From positions 1-52,782 of IMG/VR virus record IMGVR_UViG_3300025154_000134: 52,782 nt of DNA; one strand, 5' to 3'. A model generated the notes under the pieces. It was not told the origin of the DNA. It saw nothing but the letters and a program-made list of their open reading frames with translations, and did not search any database. A program made the translations under genes and the position numbers. This stretch comes from a virus. Its lineage: Duplodnaviria > Caudoviricetes. Positions 29,573-39,893 of the stretch are shown here, in pieces. Positions within the stretch are counted from its first letter, which is position 1, and each line of letters starts with the position of its first letter.

Positions 29573-32377
29573 GTGGCGACTATTACCCTCAATGCCGTCG
29601 ATATCAGTGCCTATGTGGAGTCCGCCGCCATCGTGGTGGGCTTCCGCGATCCGCTGCAACACGTCGCCAATGTGGGCACGTGTTCACTGGTTGTCATGAA
29701 CAAGGACCGGTATTTCAGCCCCAGTAATACCGCCAGTCCATTTTATGCTGCGCTGCGCCCCAACCGTCTCGTGACGGTGGTAGAGGGCGAGCAAACGTTA
29801 TTTCGGGGGTATGTGGAAAGTATCGCGCCGGATGCCGGGCAATACAGCGAGGGGCAGCGCTGCGTGATCGAGTGTGGTGATCTCCTGTCGCGCGAACAGG
29901 CGTACATGATCAGCCTACCGCTGCAAGTTAATAAAACACCGGGAGCGCTGATCAAACTCATCAGCAGCGCGGCCCTGGGGGCACCCTGCGCGACGGCGAC
30001 CCTTACTCTCTCAGGCCAGCCGGACAACAACAGCACGATCACTATTGGCGACATCACGTATATGTTCAAGTCTGCATTGACCCCAGCAGCCAACGAAGTG
30101 TTGATCGGCGCGACAGCCAGCGCGACAGCGAATAACCTTGAAGCCGCCATTCATGCGGCGGGGGAAGAATTCGGGACTGGCTTGTATGGCACAGGCACGG
30201 AGAAAAATGCACTGGTGACGGCGTTTTATGAAGCGCTCGGAGGGGAAGCGGGGGGCACAACTACCATTGAACCGGTCGCTGGGGTGACGTGGGATTTCAT
30301 CGGGGATATGGGGTATGGCGAAAAACAACTGGCGCAGAGTTTCAACGTCAGCGCCGGAGTGCTCAGTGAAATTCAGGTGTATATCGACAGCCAAACGGCG
30401 GGCACGCCGGGCACCATTACCTGGGCGCTGTGTGAGGATATCAGCGGGTATCCGCTGCTTGAAATACAGTCGGGCACCTTTACACCCACGCCCGGCCAAT
30501 GGAATACGATTGCCGTTGTCGATGGTGTGAGCCTTCAGGACAGTTCACCCTACTGGCTCACGTTACGCCTCACCACGCCGCCAGCGGGGGTCGCGTATTG
30601 GTCCTGGCGTTTTGGGAATAGTAATTACACACCGGGTGTGAGTGCGCTCAAATATCCCCCCGCCGCCTGGATACATACAACGCCTTACGATCAGTTCACC
30701 GTGATCACAACTGATGCGGTGTCGGACGCTAATATCGATCTCACCGCCGTCGCGCGCGGCGCGTGGGGCAATGACATCCCGGTGAGATCGATATTCAACG
30801 AGGCGACCAACGGTGATTTCAGCGGCGGTGAGAGTGACTGGACGTTTTGGACCGATGGCGTAGAGCACCACGAGGTGCTAGATGGCAAACTCCACATTTA
30901 CCGCGAAGGTGGGACCGGGGCTACATTCTATCAGGACACGGGGGCAGCGATGACTGCCGGGGCTAATGTGGCGCTGTTTTTTAAGGTCGCCAATGTTTCC
31001 GGCAGCGCAAAGGAGTTTTACGCCATTGTGCGTGACAGCACCGGGTACACCGGGCAGTTGTACGATACCTATACCATCGCAGCGGGGGCAGCGGAAACGG
31101 TTCAGGCGTGGAACAAGACGGCAACACATGCCTGGGCTGACACGCGAGTTGAGTTCTTCATTGTCACGGACGACAATGAGGCGGCGCTTGTGTTTGATGA
31201 CATCCGGCTGCATATCAATACGTCGGATATTGTTGCTTCCGATGCCACCCTGACCGGCGGCATTGACGAACCGGCGGGGTATCTGGACATTGACAACGGC
31301 CAGGGTGTTGTTGAGATTGCGGCGGACACGTGGAGATCGGATAGCACCAATGCGCTGACGGCGTTGAGTGATGTGGCGGAAAGCAAATTCAGTTATCTGT
31401 GGTGTGCGGCGGATGGTACATTGACCTTCAAAGATCGTCTGTTGCCGTTTGAATTGGCAAACGCCGCCGCCGATTGGACACTAAACGATGATCATAATAT
31501 CCAGGATACCGTATTAAATATTCGAGACATCGTTAACCGGTGGAGTGTCACGTATAAACCACGAGGGACCACGACGAGCGGGGTCATTGCGCGTGCCGAT
31601 GGGGTGTTAGACGTGCCGGGGCGTGGCGCCATCAGCGAGACAGGCAGCAATTATAAACGCTGGAATCCCACCGATGATATCACGCAAAATGAGGGGTCGC
31701 GTACATTCGTGATCCCCTTCGTGGATACCGGTACGGGCAAAGCTGCGGGCGTGGAATCACTCACGCTGCCCCTGGTCGCTGGAACAGATTATCACGTCTA
31801 TGATGAGTCGGGCTTTGATTACACCAACAGCGGACGTATTAAGTTTTCAGTGGCGGTCACCGGCAGCGGGATCGAGGTGCACGTCACCAATACCGCAACA
31901 GGAACACTGTATATTCACGACTTACAAATTCGCGGCGTCTTATATATCGCGTATAATCAAGTGACGATGGCGATCGATGACGCAAGCAGCCAGAGTGATT
32001 ACGGGTTGCGTGCCCAGGCCTACACCATGCCGCTGCAAGTATCCGAGGGGGCCAATCTGGCGGAGCAGATCGCGCGTTATTTGCTCAACCGCTATGCGAC
32101 ACCGACGACTCGTGTAACCACCGTCGGGTTTGAGGGGCCAGAAGTCGTCAATGGAGTCAGTCTATATACGGCGCAGATAGGGCAGGTGGTCAACCTATCC
32201 GAAACACAAACACTGACCACTGGGGCGCGCCATTGGATTATCGGATTAACCTATTCACTCGCGGCGCAAAGCCTCAACAGCATCGGGTGGATACTGGCTC
32301 CCCTAAGCGCCAAAACATACCTGACGCTAGACGATGCAGTCTATGGATTACTCGATAACAACTATCTGGCATTATGA
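29573..32377 (+). CDS. Tail tip/hub protein with inserted carbohydrate-binding-like domains
   Basis: Follows the tape measure; LFRGYV hub motif; NGDFSGG..W CBM-like insert. Confidence 0.75.
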   Translation: MATITLNAVDISAYVESAAIVVGFRDPLQHVANVGTCSLVVMNKDRYFSPSNTASPFYAALRPNRLVTVVEGEQTLFRGYVESIAPDAGQYSEGQRCVIECGDLLSREQAYMISLPLQVNKTPGALIKLISSAALGAPCATATLTLSGQPDNNSTITIGDITYMFKSALTPAANEVLIGATASATANNLEAAIHAAGEEFGTGLYGTGTEKNALVTAFYEALGGEAGGTTTIEPVAGVTWDFIGDMGYGEKQLAQSFNVSAGVLSEIQVYIDSQTAGTPGTITWALCEDISGYPLLEIQSGTFTPTPGQWNTIAVVDGVSLQDSSPYWLTLRLTTPPAGVAYWSWRFGNSNYTPGVSALKYPPAAWIHTTPYDQFTVITTDAVSDANIDLTAVARGAWGNDIPVRSIFNEATNGDFSGGESDWTFWTDGVEHHEVLDGKLHIYREGGTGATFYQDTGAAMTAGANVALFFKVANVSGSAKEFYAIVRDSTGYTGQLYDTYTIAAGAAETVQAWNKTATHAWADTRVEFFIVTDDNEAALVFDDIRLHINTSDIVASDATLTGGIDEPAGYLDIDNGQGVVEIAADTWRSDSTNALTALSDVAESKFSYLWCAADGTLTFKDRLLPFELANAAADWTLNDDHNIQDTVLNIRDIVNRWSVTYKPRGTTTSGVIARADGVLDVPGRGAISETGSNYKRWNPTDDITQNEGSRTFVIPFVDTGTGKAAGVESLTLPLVAGTDYHVYDESGFDYTNSGRIKFSVAVTGSGIEVHVTNTATGTLYIHDLQIRGVLYIAYNQVTMAIDDASSQSDYGLRAQAYTMPLQVSEGANLAEQIARYLLNRYATPTTRVTTVGFEGPEVVNGVSLYTAQIGQVVNLSETQTLTTGARHWIIGLTYSLAAQSLNSIGWILAPLSAKTYLTLDDAVYGLLDNNYLAL

Positions 32378-32385
32378 GGTGACAC

Positions 32386-32886
32386 ATGGCCTGGACAACC
32401 CCTAAAACGTGGGCGGTCGATGAACTGATAACGGCCACCAATTTAAACACGCACCTGCGGGATAACTTGAATGCGCTGAAGTCTCCGCCCAAGGACCTGG
32501 TAGACATCAGCGCCGCCAACTATACCGTGGGGAGTACCTCGTGGCAGGATGTGGACGCGGCGTTGACACTGAGCTTAACGACTGCGGGGGGTGATGTGCT
32601 GGTGGGGTTCGTGGGGTCTATTTCACACTCCTCCACGAACAACATTTATTTCGGCCTTGAGGTCGATAGTGTTGATTACGTAGCAGATGACGGGATTTGC
32701 ATGGACGCGCCCGGCACAGTGCCCAGAACGATATCGTTTGTTTACCGACTCTCCGGCCTGGCCGCCGGGGCATACACCATCGTGCTGCGCTGGAAGGTCA
32801 GCGCCGGAACGGGCACGATGTACGCGGGGGCAAGTGGCGCGGGACAGAACGTCCATCCGCAGTTTTGGGCACAGGAGTTAGGATGA
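32386..32886 (+). CDS. Minor tail protein
   Basis: MAWTTPKTW...LNTHLRDNL N-terminus typical of minor tail proteins. Confidence 0.7.
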   Translation: MAWTTPKTWAVDELITATNLNTHLRDNLNALKSPPKDLVDISAANYTVGSTSWQDVDAALTLSLTTAGGDVLVGFVGSISHSSTNNIYFGLEVDSVDYVADDGICMDAPGTVPRTISFVYRLSGLAAGAYTIVLRWKVSAGTGTMYAGASGAGQNVHPQFWAQELG

Positions 32887-32887
32887 C

Positions 32888-34570
32888 ATGAGCGCTTTTG
32901 ACATCGCCTTTTTTGGCAGTGTGCCGCTGATGAGCGGGCAACCCGTTAAATGTGCGATCACCTCCGAGGCGGCGGCGACCGTCTATGACGCGTTCAGCGT
33001 GACGATCACATTTTCCCGCGCCGTCGTCGATTTCACGGCGGCGGCTCAGATCACCGTCGCCAATGGCACGGCGGGCGATCCGGTGGACAGCGGCGACGGC
33101 ATCACGTACACGGCGACGATCACACCCGCCGCCAGCGGCACGGTCTCGGTATCCGTCGCGGCGGGCGTCTGCGAGGACGCGGACGGCAACCCGAACAGCG
33201 CGAGTAACACGCTGACGCGCACGGCGGGACTCATCTTGCTATCCGCCGACCTGCTGTATTTGTTTGATCCTGCCAGCGCTTATGTCTATGCCGATGCCGA
33301 GCTGACCACTCCGGCGGCAAATGGTGGCGCTGTGCGCGGCTTGAAGGATCGCAGCACCAATGCGTATCACTTGACTCAGGCGGGCGTAGCAGGTTTGTGT
33401 CCAACCTACCGGGACAGCGTGGCAGTGTTTGGTAATCGCCCGGCGCTAGAATTCGACGGGGGGGATTATCTGTCCAAAACGGGACTTAGCAGTATTTTAG
33501 GCAACCTGACGACGTATTCGCTGTACGTTGTATTTGCATCAACCAACGGCGTTGACAAAACAATGATGTCGGAAGGAAATAGCGGCAACGATACTCCCTG
33601 GCTGAGTGTCTTGTATGCAGGGAGCGCCGGGAAGATGCGCCCATTCCATGTTGGTGACGGAGGGGCGTATTCCGCCCCGCTCGATCCCAGCACATTTAAC
33701 AACAATGGAATCGTCAAGGTACTTAGTTTTCGGCGTAACGGTAACAACTTCTCGTCCTATATCAACAACTGGACGGGCGTGGTTGCGTCAACTACCGACC
33801 CCGGCACAACAACTCTGGACCAACTTTGCCTCGGCGGATTGTTGCGTATCGCTTTTGCGTCCGGATATATCGGTCAAATTGCGCTTGTCGCTGCCTATAG
33901 CGCAGACAACTACGCCACTATCGAGCCGATTTTGCAAGCCTATTTCGGAATGGACAGTACCTATTATCCTGGCGCTAGTCATTTCTTCTGCGTTGGAGAT
34001 AGCAAAACTCTCGGCGTAAATGATGGTGATCGTCACGAGCTGGGCGGCTTTGGCTATCCGGCGCTGTTGGGGGAGGGATTGACCACGATCACGGGCGTGA
34101 AGTGGCGCGAGCTTCGCCCTCGCGCAGGCCATGACGGTTATCGCGTTTCCCACGTCACATCTGTTATCGCGGCAGATTTGGCGGCTGCTACCGGGACCGC
34201 GCCCGCGCACGTACTACTCAATCTCGGCACTAACGACGCAGCCGCTCTCCCGGCAGAAGAAACCTGGAAAGCAGATTATGCCACGATTATTGAGGCTATC
34301 CACGCGAAGTGGACCTCTGCAAAAATCTATCTTGCTAAGCCTGTGCGTCTGAATGCCGCTCCGCCGTCTACACCTGTCGCGGCCTGCGCGACGATGTGGG
34401 GCTATATCGACGACCTGGTTGCCACCTACAATTACGTGTATGCGGGTATGGATGAAACCGATTTAGAAGGGGGCGACGGCTACGTGACGAACTTTGCTGA
34501 TGCGCTGCATCCCAACCACACGGGTTATGTCGCTGTAGCGGCACTATGGCAGAGCATACTTCTCGCCTAA
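32888..34570 (+). CDS. Virion protein with Ig-like, LamG-like and SGNH hydrolase domains
   Basis: VTITFS...YTATITP (Ig-like); VGDS, LGTND, DALHPN (SGNH). Confidence 0.8.
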   Translation: MSAFDIAFFGSVPLMSGQPVKCAITSEAAATVYDAFSVTITFSRAVVDFTAAAQITVANGTAGDPVDSGDGITYTATITPAASGTVSVSVAAGVCEDADGNPNSASNTLTRTAGLILLSADLLYLFDPASAYVYADAELTTPAANGGAVRGLKDRSTNAYHLTQAGVAGLCPTYRDSVAVFGNRPALEFDGGDYLSKTGLSSILGNLTTYSLYVVFASTNGVDKTMMSEGNSGNDTPWLSVLYAGSAGKMRPFHVGDGGAYSAPLDPSTFNNNGIVKVLSFRRNGNNFSSYINNWTGVVASTTDPGTTTLDQLCLGGLLRIAFASGYIGQIALVAAYSADNYATIEPILQAYFGMDSTYYPGASHFFCVGDSKTLGVNDGDRHELGGFGYPALLGEGLTTITGVKWRELRPRAGHDGYRVSHVTSVIAADLAAATGTAPAHVLLNLGTNDAAALPAEETWKADYATIIEAIHAKWTSAKIYLAKPVRLNAAPPSTPVAACATMWGYIDDLVATYNYVYAGMDETDLEGGDGYVTNFADALHPNHTGYVAVAALWQSILLA

Positions 34571-34637
34571 CGAGAACACCCCGCCGCGCGCACCGTTCGG
34601 GGCCACGCGCCGTGAGTGCAAAAAGGAAATGGGAATG

Positions 34638-35399
34638 TTATTGACTGCGAGTCCATTCAAAGAACACCTCAATACGCTGCGCAATCTGTTTTGCTTTGCG
34701 CGAGCCGTATTTGCGCGTCAACCACTTGAGAGGATCGTAGGCATTTTTGGACAGGTTACACGAACTGCACAGAGGAACCATGTTCGTTGGTACAGTGCCG
34801 GGATTTTCGGGGCGCGGATCAGACAATGCAATCCAGTGATCGAGATGAGGTTCAATTTCACCGAAGAGATCGCGCAAGGGCCTACTGCACACAGCGCAAT
34901 ACCCATGCCAATATTCCAAAGCGCGTCTATGGTCTGCGATAGAAAAGAAGAAAGGCACCTTTTGTTTTCTGGAACGACGCCGAAGCGCGGCTTGTTGATA
35001 TATTCCACGATTCTCTCGCCTGTGTCGGTCGTTATAGGCCTTTTTTGTCTCTCGGTGTTTTTGATATTTTTGACGATTTCGCTTGCGCATCTCTTCGATA
35101 TTGGCTGCATAGCGTTGACGGTCTTTTGCACGTTTTTTCTCTGGATTGGCATCGTAATTTCTCTTGCTTCTCTTGCGTTTTTCTATAACATCTTCTGGAT
35201 GGTCCGCGCGATATTTGCGAGCGATGTCGGGGTTATTGAAACGATATTGACGTCCGATTTTAACTTGGCAATCCTTGCATACAGATCGCAATTCATTTCG
35301 GCGACCTTTAAGCGCAAAAAATTCGTGCGTAGCGGCCTTAACTTCGCCGCACTTTGTGCAACGCTTGAAACCATCGGGGATCGTGGTATCATTGGTCAT
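34638..35399 (-). CDS. HNH homing endonuclease with N-terminal Zn ribbon
   Basis: CTKC..CKDC; CAVC...HLDHWIAL...VPLCSSCNLSK. Confidence 0.88.
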   Translation of the reverse strand: MTNDTTIPDGFKRCTKCGEVKAATHEFFALKGRRNELRSVCKDCQVKIGRQYRFNNPDIARKYRADHPEDVIEKRKRSKRNYDANPEKKRAKDRQRYAANIEEMRKRNRQKYQKHRETKKAYNDRHRRENRGIYQQAALRRRSRKQKVPFFFSIADHRRALEYWHGYCAVCSRPLRDLFGEIEPHLDHWIALSDPRPENPGTVPTNMVPLCSSCNLSKNAYDPLKWLTRKYGSRKAKQIAQRIEVFFEWTRSQ

Positions 35400-35571
35400 G
35401 CTCTGTCTCCTTCGTAGACTGAGGGCCAGTGGGATTGCCGTCCGCGACTGGCACAATTATTTTACCATACACGAGGGAATAAGGAAAGGTTCAGCATGGC
35501 GTGTTAGGGCCGCGCCACACCGAACCTTCAACATCATTGTACATCTAAAGCCCTGGGAGCAGGGGAACTGT

Positions 35572-36276
35572 ATGGACACTCTCATGCACATTCCGATCAT
35601 CCTGGCACAAACGCTGCCAGAACTATCGCCGCTTGGCGACGCTGGGGTAGCCATTGCCGTGGTAGCCGGGTTCGTGATCATCGCACGGGCGGCTTTTGGC
35701 GTCATGTCCAAGTGGCTGGATGTCAGCGACCGCAACAACAAGGCGCAGAACGAGAATGAGTCTAAACGTGTCGCCAACGAAGAAAAACAAAGCGACCTCT
35801 TGCAAAAGACGACCACCGAACTAATGCGCGTCTCTGATGTATTGTCCATTCTCGCCGACCGACTCGATGTCGGGAATGGCAGAACAGCTACTATTCAAAC
35901 CGCGCTGGATAGCGCAGTCGCAGCCATGCACACGACGGCAGACGGGCATGGTGTGCTGTTGAAAGCGATGCCGCAGGAGGTGAGACGCACGTTGCAGAGC
36001 GACTTTGAACAACTTAAAAAAGACATTCCGCAGGCAGTCGAGACGGCGCTGGAAAAACATACGCGCGAGCTGCGGCAAGACATCGAAACCTTGAGTACAA
36101 CGTTGGCTGATCGCGTTGCCACACTGAGTCAGGAAATACCCACCAAAACGACCTTGTTGCTGCGTGCAGACATGGCGGCGCTGACTGCCAAAGTTACTGC
36201 GCTGCTCAAAGCAGTCGAGAAGCCTGAAACACAACCGGAGCCAGAAACTAACCAGGAGCAATCAACCGATGGATAA
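35572..36276 (+). CDS. Membrane-anchored coiled-coil protein (possible lysis protein)
   Basis: One TM segment followed by a long coiled coil. Confidence 0.6.
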   Translation: MDTLMHIPIILAQTLPELSPLGDAGVAIAVVAGFVIIARAAFGVMSKWLDVSDRNNKAQNENESKRVANEEKQSDLLQKTTTELMRVSDVLSILADRLDVGNGRTATIQTALDSAVAAMHTTADGHGVLLKAMPQEVRRTLQSDFEQLKKDIPQAVETALEKHTRELRQDIETLSTTLADRVATLSQEIPTKTTLLLRADMAALTAKVTALLKAVEKPETQPEPETNQEQSTDG

Positions 36277-36706
36277 CGTACAACTCTACACCGAGTCCGA
36301 GGACGCCTTGCAGTTCATCGTCAGCGTGGGTATTCCTAGTCTCGCGGGCCTTGTGTTCCTGATCTTGGGCGTGATTGGCGGCACAGAACTGGCCGCTCGC
36401 GTGCGGGCCACGGCAGTGAAAGTGCGTAAATACGTTGACGAGCCGACCGATCTGGTCGTCGTGACGTTGGAAGGTATCGGGGAATTCGTATTCCACAAGG
36501 ATATGGACCCGGCAGACCTATCACGCATCTTGACGGCGGTCACGGACGCGCTGGCGAAAAAAGAAGCGATTCCCGTGCCGTCGCAGGCCGCTACGACTAC
36601 CGTGACTATTACCGCGCCACCGCCCGCTGTTATTGAAGCGCTCGAAGCCATCCCCGCGCTGGAACAATGGACTACGACCATGCCGCCGCAGGACGCCGTG
36701 AAATGA
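36269..36706 (+). CDS. Membrane protein (holin candidate)
   Basis: AGGAG RBS; N-terminal TM segment. Confidence 0.55.
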   Translation: MDNVQLYTESEDALQFIVSVGIPSLAGLVFLILGVIGGTELAARVRATAVKVRKYVDEPTDLVVVTLEGIGEFVFHKDMDPADLSRILTAVTDALAKKEAIPVPSQAATTTVTITAPPPAVIEALEAIPALEQWTTTMPPQDAVK

Positions 36707-36903
36707 CCGACCAACGTAAATGGTGGCTCATTGATGACAAAGAAATCCAAGCCATTCGGGCAGCGCTGGTCAATGCGTATAAATATTCGCTGAACCAAGA
36801 AGACAAAGCGGATTACGCAGAAATGATCATGCTCCTGGATACCGGACTGCACGTGACTGACGCCGTGCCTGCTGATTTTGCTGAGGAGACTGCGCAGTCA
36901 TGA
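36703..36903 (+). CDS. Hypothetical protein
   Basis: ATGA overlaps. Confidence 0.55.
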   Translation: MTDQRKWWLIDDKEIQAIRAALVNAYKYSLNQEDKADYAEMIMLLDTGLHVTDAVPADFAEETAQS

Positions 36904-37121
36904 AACCCTTGTCATGGTGGACCACACGTCACGCATTCGTCAAACCCATGAGCGATTGCGCCTTGTTTGATGGCTGGATAGTGGCGAACGAAACACCGCT
37001 GCAATCAATCGGGGATGATCGGCGGCGGTTCGGATGGCGTGTCGCTCTCTCCAATGCCGTGACGCTGTTGCGCATGTGGTTGGATGATGAATACTTGAGG
37101 TCGCGTCATGATCCCGATTAA
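36900..37121 (+). CDS. Hypothetical protein
   Basis: GAGGAG RBS; ATGA overlap. Confidence 0.5.
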   Translation: MKPLSWWTTRHAFVKPMSDCALFDGWIVANETPLQSIGDDRRRFGWRVALSNAVTLLRMWLDDEYLRSRHDPD

Positions 37122-37299
37122 TCACGATCACCTGTTTGGCGTCATTGTACGCACGCTGCACGTTATCGGGCCAGCCCACAAGCCGCGTAGACATCCCCGC
37201 CCCCCGTGGTCAGGGCGGCGGCTCCCCACGTTTGAGGAATCACTTGCGTGGTCATTGAAAGAATACCGCGCGATATGGGAGGAGTTGGCTAAACTATGA
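37108..37299 (+). CDS. Hypothetical protein
   Basis: Coupled ORF. Confidence 0.45.
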   Translation: MIPINHDHLFGVIVRTLHVIGPAHKPRRHPRPPWSGRRLPTFEESLAWSLKEYRAIWEELAKL

Positions 37300-38039
37300 C
37301 CCGCGCCTGGGACATACAAATTACCTCTAACTGGTGGCTGTCGCTCGGTATCCACATAGACCACACCGATCCGAGTATCACGCTGCATTTGCCCGGTCTG
37401 ATTATCTACGCCGGGCATTGCGTTCAGCCCGGTTTCGGCGGATGGAGTTTGCGCTCCAAGAACGCGATGATCATACCGATGGGGGTAGACAAAGAGCGCA
37501 GCAACTTTGTGTCATTCGTGACGGGGCTGCTGCTGATGGCGCTGCTCATGACAGCCATCAGCGTACAGGGGGCGCAGAATGTTGCATCGCTGGTCTGTAT
37601 CCAGGTCAACGCCGATGGCACGTTTCACAGCGTGCCATGCGCCGATACGATGGTATCGCCGTCGCCTAGTGCGCCGGTCGCATCAGCAACGAGCACGCCG
37701 CCAGCAAGCGCGACGCCCGTAGAGGCCACGCCCACGCTCGAGCAGTTCCCTACGCCATCGCCACTTCCCACTACGACCGCGACGGCGCTGCCCACTGTCA
37801 CGCCGCCGGTGTGTACGTTGACGGCTGCGGGAAACATCAATGCGCGTGAAAAGCCCGGCGGGGAATTCCTGTTCCTAATCAGCGTGGGAACGCAGCTCGT
37901 GCCTGATGCGCGGGTGACGTGGGCGGGGCTGTTGTACTATCGAATACTTCTACCAGGGGGCACATCGCACGCTTGGGCGGCGGACTTCTTTACCGAAAGC
38001 GGCAACTGCGGGGGTTTGCCGACTGTCGATCCGTTTTGA
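37296..38039 (+). CDS. Membrane/secreted protein with Pro/Thr linker and C-terminal SH3b-like domain
   Basis: TM segment, PSPSAP...TPTL linker, NINAREKPG...W. Confidence 0.6.
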   Translation: MTRAWDIQITSNWWLSLGIHIDHTDPSITLHLPGLIIYAGHCVQPGFGGWSLRSKNAMIIPMGVDKERSNFVSFVTGLLLMALLMTAISVQGAQNVASLVCIQVNADGTFHSVPCADTMVSPSPSAPVASATSTPPASATPVEATPTLEQFPTPSPLPTTTATALPTVTPPVCTLTAAGNINAREKPGGEFLFLISVGTQLVPDARVTWAGLLYYRILLPGGTSHAWAADFFTESGNCGGLPTVDPF

Positions 38040-38046
38040 GTCAACC

Positions 38047-38898
38047 GTGTTGACGGGCGTGCACGTACTCCCTGGTGCATCCTACGCCAATGTTGACGCG
38101 GCGTCAGACGGCGTAGTAAAAACCGCGCTCTATGCCACCATTGGCGAACAGTGGAAAGCCAATCACCCCGATGGGGTCTGGATACACCGGGGAATGCTGG
38201 TCGGGCCTGACATGCGCGATTATCCCACCATCTACGAGTGGTATAACCCGCAGATATACGCCCGTGCGAGCGAGCAAAGTTGGACGCGCGGCGCGGATTA
38301 CAACGAGTTCATGAATGAATCTGGCGCGCCAGACTGGGATACCTTCGTCTCCTTTACCATCGGCGTGTTAGAGTGGGGCGGGGATCGCGGGTATTGTCTT
38401 TTGTGGGGTTCGTTTGCTGCTGGGAATCCAGACTATCCCGCGTGGGCCGATCTAGTGCGGATCATCGAATGGGCGGACGAACACCCTTGTGGAACGGACG
38501 CCAACGGCAACCCGCGCTATCACAATCTGGCGCTACACCAACCGCTTTACATGCCGCCCGACATCGCGCGTGGCGCGTGGGTCCTGGAACAGCACATCGT
38601 AGATCGGCATCGACTGGTCGATGAACTTGTGCGCGGCTATACCGGGCGTGGGCTGGCTGATCATCCATCGGGCGGCGTGTGGTTTACCGAGTACGGGCTA
38701 CATGATGGCTACAGCGGATCGTGGTCGGACTCATTCTCATGTGAGGAAATCGCGCGGTCGTTCGCCTACAGCGCGGAACGGTTAAACGAAACGGCCCCGT
38801 TTGTACGGGGCTTTGGGTACTGGACGTTCGGGGATGCTCAGAGCATCTGGACTGACGACCAGGCGTGTTCAGGCGAGATAGAGCGGGCGGTGGGCTAG
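38047..38898 (+). CDS. Glycoside hydrolase (clan GH-A-like), endolysin candidate
   Basis: EFMNE acid/base motif, LALHQ, WFTEYG nucleophile motif, GYWTFG. Confidence 0.65.
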   Translation: MLTGVHVLPGASYANVDAASDGVVKTALYATIGEQWKANHPDGVWIHRGMLVGPDMRDYPTIYEWYNPQIYARASEQSWTRGADYNEFMNESGAPDWDTFVSFTIGVLEWGGDRGYCLLWGSFAAGNPDYPAWADLVRIIEWADEHPCGTDANGNPRYHNLALHQPLYMPPDIARGAWVLEQHIVDRHRLVDELVRGYTGRGLADHPSGGVWFTEYGLHDGYSGSWSDSFSCEEIARSFAYSAERLNETAPFVRGFGYWTFGDAQSIWTDDQACSGEIERAVG

Positions 38899-38981
38899 TC
38901 TTCGAGCGACTGCGCCGCGTACCACAGCCGCGACAGGGCAAGGGCGGGGGAGTCGGCGTAGTATCTCGGATATATCTTTCA

Positions 38982-39761
38982 TCATTTCCCTACATTTTCT
39001 GTCATCCATTGGAAAAACTTTTCAACCTGAAGAATTATGGTGTTCGCGTTTCTTTTTCCGAACTTTTTAGTTATCCATACAACAGGATCACAGGCTTGTT
39101 TTGATTGATTACATGAACTGCAAAGCGGTATCATATTATCTTTAGTGGTGCCAGGGCAACGCGGATCGGAAAGAGCGATCCAGTGGTCCATATGCGGCTC
39201 AATATTTCCAAACAAATCTCGCAAGGGATTTCCACATGCAGCGCAGCAACCATGCCAATATTCCAAAGCGCGACCCTCGTCTTCTGAAGTAAAATTGCAT
39301 GGTAAAGCGGCGTGACGCGCATCTCGCCGTCTCTCTTGTGCTCTTCTCTTAAGAGGATTAGCTTTGGCCCACAAGCGATGTTGTTCTTTGGATTTTTCGC
39401 TATTCACCCTTTTATATTCTTTGGTGCGTGCAAGTATTCTAGTTTTGTTTTTTTCGTAGTGGCGTCTATTATTTTCTTTTTTCCGTTCAGGGTTATTTTT
39501 ATCCCATGAACGAGAAGTAGCACGACGAGTTTCTAGATAATCATTATTTAGAGAATGTTCTGAATGATATTGTTTTTTATATTCCCGGATTTTCGCGCGG
39601 TTTTCAGCATAATACTGTCTGTCATTTTTTTTGGAGCACTCACGGCACTCTGATCTAAGTCTACCTCGGTCAAGACGAAAATAATTAAGAGTGGACGGCT
39701 TTTCCTCGCCACATTGTGAACAACGCTTGTGTCCATTCAAATTTGAAGTATTATTAGACAT
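38982..39761 (-). CDS. HNH homing endonuclease, paralog of 34638-35399
   Basis: Shared RALEYWHG.CA.C..PLRDLFG.IEPH.DHWIALSDPR...PLCSSCN.SK. Confidence 0.88.
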   Translation of the reverse strand: MSNNTSNLNGHKRCSQCGEEKPSTLNYFRLDRGRLRSECRECSKKNDRQYYAENRAKIREYKKQYHSEHSLNNDYLETRRATSRSWDKNNPERKKENNRRHYEKNKTRILARTKEYKRVNSEKSKEQHRLWAKANPLKRRAQERRRDARHAALPCNFTSEDEGRALEYWHGCCAACGNPLRDLFGNIEPHMDHWIALSDPRCPGTTKDNMIPLCSSCNQSKQACDPVVWITKKFGKRNANTIILQVEKFFQWMTENVGK

Positions 39762-39893
39762 GCTGCACCTCCTTACAGGTGTGGTAGCCCTGGGTGTTTA
39801 CAGCACGCCAGGGCATTCTTTTGAGGTTCATATATTGTACCTCAAAATCACCGTTCCGCAATCGCGCGGCGCAGGTCGGTGGGCGTCATGGTG

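Noticed and set aside
29573-34570. Diversity-generating retroelement acting on the tail genes
   Set aside because: No reverse transcriptase and no template/variable repeat pair seen
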